The notes below the pieces were generated by a model. That model made no database searches and was not told the DNA's origin. It saw only the letters and a program-made list of their open reading frames with translations. From assembly GCA_000934665.2 (NCBI GenBank), contig JYFJ02002699.1, positions 1-52,456 of the forward strand: DNA of 52,456 nt, read 5' to 3'. Positions 1 to 11,900 of this stretch are shown in pieces (position 1 is the first letter of the stretch; the number at the start of each line of letters is the position of its first letter). Both the position numbers and the translations under genes were made by a program. Origin of the DNA: Catajapyx aquilonaris (Eukaryota).

Positions 1-297
1 CACAGCGAAGCATTTTACAACAATGACGGGGCGCGTTCTATAACACCATTTTTGCGTTCATTTCACTTCGCGTGACGTCAACATTTTCTAGGGAAACCGT
101 GACGTCACCATTTCCCTACATAAAAACCCCAATTACTCCGGAACGGGAACTGATATCTTAAAACGGAATATGCCAAAAAAATCCAAAAAATATGAGCGAA
201 TTTATTATGTAGTTTCCAAAATGAAGGCTAGTTCCCCATTCCGGCCCAATTAATTAGTTTGAATCAACATGTTAGACTCGTAAGTTAACCATCATTC

Positions 298-1386
298 TCA
301 CCTGCTCCTGTGCTTGTCCCGTTTACGATCATGCCCATGCCTGTGCTTCTCATCCCGTTTCTTGTCCTTCCCGCTCTTAGGACTGCCCACTTTCTTAGAC
401 TTGGAGCTGCCTGACGACATGCTGTCGCGACTTATCTCTTCGTCTTTGGACTCCTGTTTTGGCAGGCTATCACGAGTAGTCTCCTCATCTTTAGACTCTT
501 GCTTCATGAGGCTGTCGAAAGTGACATCCTCAGCTTTGCACTCTTGTTTTATAACGCTGTCCTGTGTGGCCTCTTCATCTTTTGACTCCTGCTTCATCAG
601 GCTGTCCCTCGACGCAGTGTCTTTGGTTCCATCCGGGGAATCAACCTCGATTCGTTCATACGGAGGTGATTCTTCTTCATCCTCATTATCATCCTTCAAC
701 TCACTGTCACTGAATTTCTCAGGAGAAGGCGATATCGGGTCGAGGTCCATCGGAAGGAAGTCAATCGAATCCTTTTTCTTTTCAACCGGAACCGGTTCTG
801 GCTTCGCCACCTCATTCTTCTCACTAGGCTTTTCAAGTCCGAGGAACCCATACACAACATCCTCCACTTTAGGAAGAAACACCGTGTATATCTTCGGGTT
901 CACCACCTGATCCACTATCCGCTCCACTCCCAGTTCAAGAAACCCAGACCTGCAACCAAGTGTCATTAGAGGCCAATCGCACCTTTATATGATTTATTAC
1001 AACTCATATTGCAATTTTACTCGTGAATGTGCTTTCTGAGGCTGTCCCTAAGCTGGTTCTTGTTCAGATCCGGTCTCCAGGGCTGGTCGGCCAGATACCC
1101 TGCAACGGTACCCTCCACTCGCTGCCTGAGATTCTGGTACGCAGGCTGAAACGCAAGAACGTGACATTGAGTGGAACGCTCCACATTTCCTATTATCCGC
1201 AGACGTGCAACTAATGCAATTGTGTATGTATTATTCTGTAATGTATGACCAATTATTTACCTTTGTGTCCACATCTGAAAGCAAGTCCTTTCTGAACTGG
1301 TCGAATATTCCTTGCGATTTGAGCTGCTGAACTATCTTCTCTATCAACCTTGGGTCGCCCGGGGGCAGGTGCAACCCCACCTCCAT
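298..1386 (-). CDS. BOD1: BOD1/BOD1L-family protein (Shg1/COMPASS-associated N-terminal domain); exons 1386-1261, 1145-1021, 949-~302. Either stops at TGA 298-300 or splices at AG|GTGAGA and continues beyond the window
   Basis: Spliced translation MEVGLHLPPGDPRLIEKIVQQLKSQGIFDQFRKDLLSDVDTK|PAYQNLRQRVEGTVAGYLADQPWRPDLNKNQLRDSLRKHIHE|SGFLELGVERIVDQVVNPKI matches the BOD1 signature (LKSxGxFDxFR...PAYQNLRQRV...QVVxPKI). GT-AG introns have consistent phases; an acidic then Lys/Arg-rich low-complexity tail follows. Confidence 0.88.
427..606 (-). repeat. Coding tandem repeat, 4 x 45 nt (15 aa: DSLMKQESKDEEATQ-like) inside BOD1 exon 3
   Basis: Units DSLMKQESKDEEATQ / DSVIKQECKAEDVTF / DSLMKQESKDEETTR / DSLPKQESKDEEISR with an exact 45-nt period. 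Confidence 0.9.
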
Positions 1387-1588
1387 CTTTTAAGGCTGCT
1401 CGGCCGTTAATTAGGCGCTCTAATTAACTTAGAAAAAAAACACTTGTTTTCACCTTTTTCTTTTTTGGCGTTCCAACCCAAGCCAAGGTTCTACTAATGA
1501 TGGGAAAAAAAGTGAGTACTTTGACACATAGCCGTGTGGCGGCGACACCATCGTAGAATGCCCAGAAGGCGCCACAGAAAGTATTGGG

Positions 1589-1622
1589 TATTTAATATTT
1601 TAATATTTAATATTTAATATTT
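1589..1622. repeat. AT-rich (TATTTAA)n minisatellite between ebony 3' end and BOD1 promoter
   Basis: tatttaatattttaatatttaatatttaatattt. Confidence 0.7.
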
Positions 1623-1942
1623 AGAAAGCAGTGTTGTGCAATACTTAAGAGGGATTTATGTAATTAAAATTAAAATTATCCAGCCAATGACAAATGTGTA
1701 CGCATTTCGCGGCCTTTTTGAACATGTCTATTTGTGAAGTGTTCGATTTTTTTTATTTTTTTTAAAAATAATTTATTATTAAGCAGGGTTGTGTAGAAGT
1801 GCGAGTAATAATTTATTATCTTAGCATATACACTGTGACTAATACAAATTCATACTTGTAAAGAATACGGAAATGTACAGTAATACAAAAAATAATAATA
1901 ATTTCTGGTACCGGACCAAAATTCTCCTCCAAATAAGGCACA

Positions 1943-4900
1943 TTATGCATCGTTGACCAACTTTTTCCATGAGCAAATTGCAGTCTGGTCGTCTGGAGCT
2001 TGACCAAAAGGCTTGGTACCATCTGGAGCCACGTACTGATTCACCTGGCTGCAAGTGATGGGTTTGTACCCGAGCACATCTTCGCAGACCTGCTGGGTGA
2101 GTGCGCTTGTGTTTGTGGTCATTAGACCGATCATGCCTCGACGCTTGGCAATCCTCATGTTCTCCAGCTCCATGAAGTGAATGACGTCCACATTCTGAGC
2201 AGGAGTCATCTCTGGAGCTGTTCCCATCATGAAACTGTGCAGTAGCTTCCCTTTGCCTTGAGGTATCTTCTCTCTGGAAGGCGCTTCGACGAACTCCAGG
2301 AAGTCGAACACGTACTCGATGGCTTTGGCTGGATGTATCTCCGGCTCGTCGTACACGTCGAAGTTAAATGCGACGGCCACGATCGTCCCTTGGGCGTCTC
2401 TGACCGCGAAGCTGAAGCCTTTCTCAACCAGAGGATCCCACGCTTGGCCCACCAAGTCGACGAATTCCTCGTAACTGCCCCTGGTCCACTTCTCCAGATC
2501 GCCCTTTTCGGAGAAGCTGCTGGCCACGATGTGGGTTATGGCGGTACGGTGGTCTGGTCCTAACATCTCGGCTGTGTACGTAGATCTTGTCTCATTAAGT
2601 GAAGAGGATTCGTCTTTGGCAACAGGCTGCATGCGATTCAGGACGTCTTCAAGTGTGGCTGCTTCCAGGAAATCGGCAATGCCTGAAACACAATCATTGC
2701 TCATGTTTATAGCAACAACAACAACGTACATATTGCACCGAGTATTGCAATGTACTTACCAATGGAATATCCCTGGTCATTCAGTCTGGTAACGGTGTAG
2801 ACAGCATTGAGAGAGTTTCCTCCAGAGTGAAAGAAATTTGACTTGAGTGAAATCGCCTTGACTCCGGACAGCACACTGCAGACTGTTCCCATGAGGACCG
2901 TTGCGGTCGGTACCTTCTCTTCGGGTACTCCAGACAGGTCAAAGTTCAACGGGGAGTCTGCCTGTTTCGTTACTTGGTCTCGATACAGCTTCAGGAGTCC
3001 TTGGCGATCGATCTTCCCGTTGTGAAGAAGCGGGATTGAATCCAGCTTTTCAACCTGTGAATGATTTGCTGTGTTGTGGACACACATATTTGTATAGATA
3101 TGAAGCACCAAAACTCACGTGATCAGGCATCATGTACGGAGCCAGAGTTCCTGTCTTCAGTGTCAGCGTCACGTCATCTGCACTGAGGGTGTCACTAGTG
3201 AAGAAAGCAAGGATGACCTGTCCGGGCATCCCAGGGTCATGGGCCAAGACGACAGCCTTGTCCACACCTTCTATCGCCTGAAGTCCAGATTGAACTTCAG
3301 ACAGATCCACGCGATGTCCACGAACCTTCAGCTGGGAATCTGCTCTTCCTTCGTACACCAGAGTGTCACCAAACAGACGACCGTAGTCACCGGTACGGTA
3401 CAGATGTCGTGATCCGCCGAATGGGTTTTGGACAAACTTGTCCGAAGACTTCACGTTGACATATCCAGTGCACAGATTGTCACCGCCTACAAAAATCTCT
3501 CCGACTTTTCCTTCTTCAACTGGAGACAATGTCTGGCCATCGAGAATGTAAATTGAGCTGTTGTCCACACTTCGACCTGAAATTATGGCGCATTATGTCG
3601 TAACGTTCCATTATTGAGCCCTAATTTCCTTTCAAGCTTGACTCAATTGAAAGTGCTCGAGCTCAAACTGACCTTGGTCAATAAACAGTTCGTACTCTAA
3701 TGGCTCGCAATAAAGCTATACACTTACCAATTGGAACCTTTCCATCCACCAAAGCAGCTTCTGCTTCCTGTCCACTTCGAAATGTTTGAAAGGTCACATC
3801 GCCCATGACCTCAGTGCTTCCGTAGAAGTTGGCCAGGGTGTGTCCGGATGGGAAGCACCTGAAGAACTCCATGAGAAGGTCGGCAGGGAGAGTCTCTCCG
3901 CTGCAGATCCACAGCTTCAGAGAGGGCAATGGGTCACTCTTCTTCCTGAGTCCGATGGCCCAGAGGAGACTCCTGAGCAGGGAAGGTACCAGCACCAGCC
4001 TGGACACCCTCTTCGCCTCCAGCATGTCCAGGAAGGCGTCCGGGTTCTGGGTGTCCCTCTTGGCCACCACTACCACTGACAGCCCTTTGGTTAATGGGGC
4101 GAAGATCTCGCTGACCGAGTCCACAAAGGTCAGCGCGGTCTTGAAGCAGGCCACTTCTGAAGGATCGAATGGAAACTGCCTGAACTGCCAGCCCAGCCGG
4201 TTCAGGACAGCCCGATGGGACAGTCGGACGCCCTTGGGTGTCCCAGTGCTTCCGGAAGTGTACAGGACCATGGCCACCTTCTCCGGGTCGCTATCGGATC
4301 CGGACAGGGTCTCTTCAGGAGCCAGATTGTCGTCCGGAATGTTGTCGTTCAGCTCGTCCCAAGATATAACCGGGACACCTCCGACTCCTTCCGGACCCAA
4401 TGGAGCATCCGATTTGATCATGATGAATGGACCAGAGTCCCGGATAATGTGGTCTATCCGGGCCTGTGGGAAGGACATATCCAGAGGGACGTATGCGGCT
4501 CCAGCTTTGATGATTCCCAACAGGAGGACCACCAGGTGGTCACTCGGGGGCATCTGGACAGCCACCAGGTAATCCCCGTCCGGATTAGGAGAGGCCTTCA
4601 GAATCCGGGCAGTTCGGACTAGGATCCGGGCAGTCCTGTTGGCCATCGAGTTCAGCTGCTCGTAAGACAGTCTCTCATTGCCGAATTCAAGTGCAAGGTT
4701 GGACGGAGATGAAGACGCCTGACGCTCCAAAAATCGGTGAAGAAGTCCCAGTGGATGCTGGTGTTTAGGACCCTCCATGATGCAACTGCAAAGAGGACAA
4801 TTAGCATAATTAATTGCGACTAATCCTCCACCGAAACCTGCCTCGACATAAGTACTTATCTCATAATCCGTTTTTGAAGGGGGGTTGCTTCCAGTGATTT

Positions 4901-5721
4901 GACCTGACCTTTTCAACCGTGTTACGAGTCCAATAGAGGTGTGACAGGTCCTCACGTCGAAAAAAAACGTGTCCTTTTAAAATAGGATGTTCCTCCTTCC
5001 CTATAGCGAGGTTCCATTGAAAGCCCTGGATTGTTGCCAACTAGGCCGCTTAGTGTTTCATTAACCCCTTTCACTGGCAGTATACAATTCAAGCTTTTAC
5101 AACAAAAATGGCCTAATTATGTCGGTTTCTGGCTCTGCACGCAACGACATGAGATGATCTCACCGTATAATAAAGGCTTTTCTACCTTTAAAAAAAGTAG
5201 CCTACCGCATATCCCAATTGAAGATATACATAATTACATGTATGGCCATTAATCAAGAAATGACCTTTTGAAAGTCTGATTGATATCTGTAACCTATATG
5301 TAAACATACTCAGCTGGAAGATACCTTTTTTTTCTAATGCAGATTAGATTAAATACGGTCTAGCACACTCCAGATAAGTTTTGCGATTGCAAAAAAACCA
5401 ATTTTACAGCCCCAGCTTGCGAACTCGGTATCATTTACCGAAGCGGAAAAGCGTGAATTCGAGTGTTGTAAAGTAGGACAAGGACAAAAGAGTCCAACTC
5501 CACATATAGGAAAGGTCTTACATATCCAACAAGTACTACCCATGACCGAGCACGCACGTGCGTGTGCGTGCGTTTTTTCCCCCCTCTCCAATATTGACAG
5601 TGCATAAATCACTGAAAGTGACAGCCCTTAACGAGCACTATCATGTAAAGCAGAAGTAATCTACACAGGACGACACATGTGATATGCAATGATTAATTAG
5701 GCTCATATACCTCTTATCCAT
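1943..5721 (-). CDS. ebony: Ebony, beta-alanyl-biogenic-amine (NBAD/carcinine) synthetase: A domain + T domain + C-terminal amine-selecting domain. Exons 5721-5711 (predicted MDKS start), 4785-3728, 3576-3119, 3054-2760, 2682-1943
   Basis: Adenylation motifs LYTSGSTGTPKGV, NFYGSTE, YRTGD, GRADSQLKVRGHRVDLSEV, NGKIDR. Pantetheinylation motif FFHSGGNSL (Ser codon 2812-2814). Ebony-type N-terminal PNPDGDYLVAV and C-terminal SFSEKGDLE...HSFMMGT...TTNTSALTQQ...YVAPDGTKPF. All introns GT-AG and in phase. Exon 1 is inferred from ATGGATAAGAG|GTATAT (phase 2 fits the 4785 acceptor); ATG 4778 is an alternative start. Confidence 0.95.
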
Positions 5722-8700
5722 TGTTGGTTGTGCAGTTGCCAGACTTTCTCTCCTGTGGTCAAAAAGCTTAATCAGCAGCTTCCGTGTAAGTCAACCTGTC
5801 CCTTGATCGGCTTCTACTCGACTGATTGTGGCGCCAGACACTCTCACTTGAAGCTGCAAGCTCGAGGGTCAACCAATCCCTTCCTGCTGGTTTGATTCGT
5901 GGTATAATATACACGTTTTTTTTCTCATGTTTCCGCAGAACACCTTCATATGACGTCGCAAGGATATTCCATTACGTCATAAGATTCCTTGGAAGGATGC
6001 CTGCGGTTTTGTGTTGAAGACTTCCCCGGTTGCAATAACAAAAAAATAAAAGTGGTGAATGTATGCTTGAATGTAGTTTGAAAATTCAATGTTAATTAGT
6101 TGAAATATTTGAGCAAATGGGCTTCAGGAGTGATAACAAATCGGCCAAAGACCAGTCAGTCACTGGTGTAATCGGACACATCAAGTCACAGACAGCTTGG
6201 TTTGAAATCAGGCAACCTCCTACTGCAGATACATATTGTTTTTGCTAGAAAATAAACACTGTGTTATCACTCTCTGATATTGGGATGGTGCACTATGCCA
6301 CACTTTCTCCTGCTTCTAATGCCATTTCGATATATTTGCAACTTGGTCAATCAGCCGTAACATCTCCGCACACCTGATTTTCGCAAGGCTTTTAATGTCT
6401 ACAATTCTGGCCCCATTTCTCGGCAATATTACACCACAATTTCTTCTTCAGCTCCGTTGCTCCTGCAAGGCAATCCGTATCAACTCCAGTACTTTCCAAA
6501 CACTTAGAAGATCCTAAGTAATCACTCTGCAACGAATATAATGCCCATGGGACCAATTGCATCTGGCAATAAATACCATCGCTAAAGGGCCAAGGACCGG
6601 ACAAGTGATGTCAGCAAAGGGACATCCAGGGAAGAATTTCGGATGGGGGAAGTCCCCAGTGACCATCTGAAAGCAGGTTTAGTGCGTCAAGATTAGTGAC
6701 CCCAAAAAGAACAGGAATTTTTGTTCGCTCAAGCAACATCATCAACCAAAATATTGTGAAGAAATGGACCCAACACACGTGGTTCTTGCATAAATGTTTT
6801 TATTTCAAGTACACACATAAATGCAGTCCACATCTACAGCTGGAAATTTCAGCACGGAATAATAGTAATTTTCTCTCTTCTTTTTCCCGCCAGTTTGCAC
6901 CTTGATTACCATAGTCTGAAATATCCACACACACCTATAGATACGCATTAACTAAGAGTACAATAACTTTTTTTTTTTTTGCAATTTTTCAGAAGTGTGC
7001 CCCAGATGTTTCTCTCTTTTTTCTTTTTCAGCTGAATATTTGAAGTTACACATAAGCAGACAGGATGATGCATGCCTGCTGATACTGTACAATTGAGCCA
7101 AGCATCACAAAAACTATGACTGAAGCAAAAGGAGGGCAGGGGGAAAAATGTTACAGCAAGAGACTCAAACTCACTTTGGCCTAAAATCTGCATTTTTTTG
7201 GAAACCTTTCAATGAGCCAAAGTAAAAAAAAAAGTGACAATGCCACTCTTAACCAGTGTCACTCGAACCTGAATGACATGATTCACATTCTTCGAGAGGT
7301 AATTAGGCCTGCTTGAATAGGTTATGAGTATTCCAAAATTCACATATAGGGATAGCAGGTACCTCGCAGATTCTCTCTGAAGGCCGAGTCTTCCAATACC
7401 CCTGGCATAACAACAGGGTACAATAATGTAATTATAAAATCTGCTCTATCTCGGGCGGATTGGAACAAGAAGGACTAGCACCAATGCTTGCCAGCCTCAA
7501 ACTATCCACTGATTCTACAAAGTATAAAATGCCGCAGCTGCAGATGGTCAGCTCCATTCAGATTCACACCCTAGAGCGCTTTCACACCCATTTGCTCTAC
7601 AGGGAAAAAGTGGTAACTATCGTCGCAACAACCAAAGTTGAGAGTACAAGATAATGAGTTTGGAGGGTTCCGTCTGAATGTGTACTCCGGATATGTATAG
7701 CTGCCCTTCTGCTGGTATGAATATGTAGAAATGCTTACAAACATGAACACATGGTGCCAACTATGTCTGTGGAACAGTGGAACCCCAAAAAAACAACAAA
7801 AACCCAATGGAAGCACACCTGTGTAGCTGCAACTGCTTGCAAGATATTTACTTATTTCAATCCGAGGACTGGCACATCGATCAACTCCATGCTGAAAGTT
7901 CCCAAAATCATCATTGCCATAAAAATAATAAAGCATTCATCCCAGTAGGTCTCCATGTGCTCGCTTACAATTGCTATTACCCCCGCTCATTACTTTACCA
8001 TCCGAGAAATATAAAAATCGTCACCACTTTACTGTTGTACATGACTATGCCAGCCTCTTAAAATCCGTGCTGGGCTCATCCCAGAAGCTCAAAAATAATT
8101 GACAACAATAATAGTGAAGTTGTATTTTTTTTTTCAGTCTAAGCTGCAAAGGCATAATATCCATATTATTTGCAATTTAATGGAAACTAATCTGTTTAAC
8201 ATCCCCTTACACTATTACTTACACGTACAATGAACATATCTTTGAATGTGAAGCATCACCAGCAACCCAATTCGCAGTACAAAGTGCTAAATGTCTTGCC
8301 CACATTTTCTTGCTTGTGTTAACAATATCCTATTAAAGCTTAGTGCAAGGTTTTTCCATTTTATAGTGTGTTTTTTTTTTGTCGCAAAAGACAGTATATT
8401 CAGGATTGCCTTTGTAAAGCTTTGGTACTGATCATTGTCCTTAAAATAACAAGTGCAAGATAAAAACAACTTAAATGATTGCTTCCAGCGAAAAAAAAAC
8501 CAAAATAAAACAGATGAGTCGAAGAGAATGATATTACAAGAATACAGCACTGGAATGCTTCCCAGTCGTGCTGGGAAAGTTTCTTCTTGTTGAAATATTT
8601 TAAAATCAGCTTCCACGCACAATTAAAATTACCTGCCACCATAAAACCACTGTGACATGTTACGTGGCAGATGAATGCCCCATTCCAAATTGTGCAAATT

Positions 8701-8903
8701 CATGAAAGGCCACATCATCCCTCTCCTACCTGCCTTTTTTTTTTTTTCCTGCTCTTGTTTATCTACAGCACAGGTCTCTTTCCATCTCTCCCTTTGTAGT
8801 CAGACTACTTTGGAGCAAGTGAAAGCGACAATTTAAACCTATGGAGGATAGGATTTAAAATAACCCTCAAAAGCAGGCATTTCCCGCATCTATCATAAAA
8901 ACC

Positions 8904-11900
8904 CTAGAATAACTTGGCTCTTCTTTTCAAGTCATTTCTTCGCCAACCAGGGAGCCGGTAGAACTCCACTCGAGGCACATGAAGCACAGCCTCAAATTCT
9001 GCTTCGGACATGTGGCGCTGAAATGAAATTCAGGGCAGTTAGAGATCCGATCAAATCTGAATTCCAAAGAACTGGATTCCCATGCAAGTTAAGAGTGACA
9101 GACACAAGCAGGCACATGCGACATACAAATTAGCATTTTGTTTTACCTCCAGGTTACAGCGATCAACATCAGCAGGCAGGCGATAATTGGTGGTGATGAG
9201 GAGATGGTAGGGATATATCTTGGGTGGCTCTGATGACATGTGGGACATGTTAGGGAGAGACCGGCGTAAGTGTGGACTGTACGACGCGTGGTAGCGAAGC
9301 CCAGACGCGTAGGTGGAGGAGCAGTGGAGTTCTGCATTCTGTTGGGTGGGAGGAGGCCCAATTGTTGTGTGTTCAGAAAATTTTTTGTGCAAAAATGATA
9401 AATCAAGAAGAAAAGCTGACAAGTACACACCAGTGCTTTTTGCTCCGCTTCAGTTATGGAACCCACTGAAACTGTTCAAGCAAACATTAATTCTCGTGTG
9501 TTGAGGTGAAAAAGCTTGGATGACGAGGCTTGATTTTCCCAACATACAAGTGCATTTTTTGTAGGAATGTTTGGTAACAAAGACTTACTGTCGGACTTTC
9601 CACTGCTAAACTCTGTACTGTGTGTCTTCTCACCAAGGCCGTAGGGGTAATCACCCTGAAGAAAATCAGTTTAGAATTTTACATGCGCACTTTGATTGTT
9701 CAATCATACCACTATTAACTAGGGCCAAAAAGTCAAGTGGTATATGCAAACATTTCGTTATGACTGCCACTGTAGGCTGATATGAAGTTTTCAAAACAAA
9801 TTGGACTGATATCAAAAGCATCGTGAGGTCTTCTTAAAAAAGCAAGTGTACTATTGACATTGCAAATAAACACCCATTATCCAAATCCCTGATGAATTAT
9901 TATTCAAAACCCCATTTCTGGGCCTCAGAAGCCAAAATAATAACTGCTGTATCCATTAACTTTTGAACATGCAAGAATTTACAATAGTGGCTGATTAAAA
10001 TTCTTCATTAGCAATCCATTTTAATTAAATATTTCACAGAAGTACTTTGAGTGCAAGGTGCCCACACATTAGGAACTAAAAACAATGTAAAAAAACCAGT
10101 GCAAAAGTGACCATAATCAAGACCAGTGATGTGCATAAAATCGCAATGCATGCCTGCTATAGACGTACTGTACCATTACTTCATACATTGCAAGTAAATG
10201 TTTCAGATTTAAATATTACAGATTAGGCATGATCCATTGTTTAGTCACCTGATCTTATGACCATCTTTGCACCTTAACACACATCCATCCCATGTATAAT
10301 CTTTGCCCAATAATTTCCCAATAATCCCCATTCCCCTTCCCTCCTGACTGGCTTCATAAACGATCCCCTACCAAAGTCTTAAACTTACTCCTATCCCCGA
10401 CATGGATCCTCCTGTGGAGCTGAAGGTGTGAGACCTGGGCGCCAGGCCATATCCAGGTCGAGGTACGTGGCGAAGAGCACTTACCACTACAAATGGGTCA
10501 GAACCACCACACTTCACTTACGCTCACTCTCATCACACACACACACACTCAATCATTCTCACAGACAGTGCAGATGCGTGCTGGCTTGTTCTTTAAAAAA
10601 ATAATAATACCAGGATTCTCCGGATGTCACTCGACACAACTTGGTTTTAGCCCCCCCCAATTTCCCTCCCGTCTCAACCCCAGTACCCCCTAAAGAATTA
10701 ATAGAAGCAGCACTATCACTTGCTTATTCACTCGCTAAATAGGTTGGGGAATGGTGTAAAAAATATATATTATGGAGAGAAATAGTTACTCACAGCCATG
10801 CCAGCCGTGCCTCCGTTCCGTCCGGCTGCAGGGAGAGTGGAGGCTTTGAGCCCATAGCCAGGCTTAGGGACTGAACGGAGGGACGAAACAACTGCCAACA
10901 ATCAAAAATATCATGGGGATATTTGAGGGGGGGGGCCTGGGGGGGAATAAACAGCAAAAACATAGCCTGGTGTGGGTTAGATGCTGTATTAAAACCACAC
11001 AGACTGTTTGAATCTTTAACTGGGGGACAGTGCCTGTGATTCATTTTAAAAAACACATTTCTGGCATGCTTTATGTGGGGGGAACAATATGCACCCTCAC
11101 TTGTGAGGCTTTCTCTGTTTCATTTATAAACTGCCAGCAAAGTCAAGAATCAGAAATTAAAAAAATAATGACACTGCACATCAACAGCATTCAGTCTCTT
11201 GAAAACTTTGAACAAGTCAAAATGAAGAGTTGAGCAATCTGGAGCTAATTTTCTGCTATATACCGTATTTAACGGCATATAAGACACATGGGCAAGTCAG
11301 ACGAACCCCTATATCAGACAATCATATTAAGAGAAAATGGTATTAGTATGTTTTTGCATACAAGGGCGATTTTTTAAAGTCATTTTTGGGGGAAAAAAGT
11401 GCGTCTTATATGCCATCAAATACGGTAACTGTTTCAGACCATGAGTAGGTTGCATTCCTGTAAGCAAGGAGGCATTTACAAATCGGCCACGTAGGTTACG
11501 ACACAGACTAATCTCTCCAGATTACCTCAACAATAAAAATAAAATTTTTAAAAATGGTTCCTTATGGGCACTAAAATTTATTACATCACAATATGAACAC
11601 TATATTGTGACGTATAATCACACAATACACTAAAACAGTCACAGAAAAAAAAGGTTAATTTGCACACAAATACCAATCACTGCCACTTGATGTGGTAGTA
11701 ACATGTACACCCGAAACATGACAGTAGAAAGGAAGTAGCCATACCCGAATGCCCTTGAGTATGGAAGCAAGAATTAACTCTCATCCAACAGACCATGCAG
11801 GATATGGTTGTCCACTAATCAAACATACCAACATACAACTAATGCAGAGAAATTTGCATTCAAGGAAAGAAAAGCCCACTGACGCAAAGCTCGATGCGGA

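Noticed and set aside
314..910. 198-aa Ser-rich plus-strand ORF (likewise 3829-4572 +)
   Set aside because: Antisense shadows of BOD1 and ebony exons.
1943..4955. NRPS-like A-T domains as a possible bacterial/fungal HGT or biosynthetic cluster
   Set aside because: Intron-containing, with the Ebony-specific C-terminal domain; an ordinary arthropod ebony gene.
5521..5543. ATGGGTAGT...T|GTAAGA (MGST...), resembling the Drosophila Ebony MGS start
   Set aside because: Donor is phase 1 but the 4785 acceptor needs phase 2, so the join is out of frame; the 5721-5711 exon fits.
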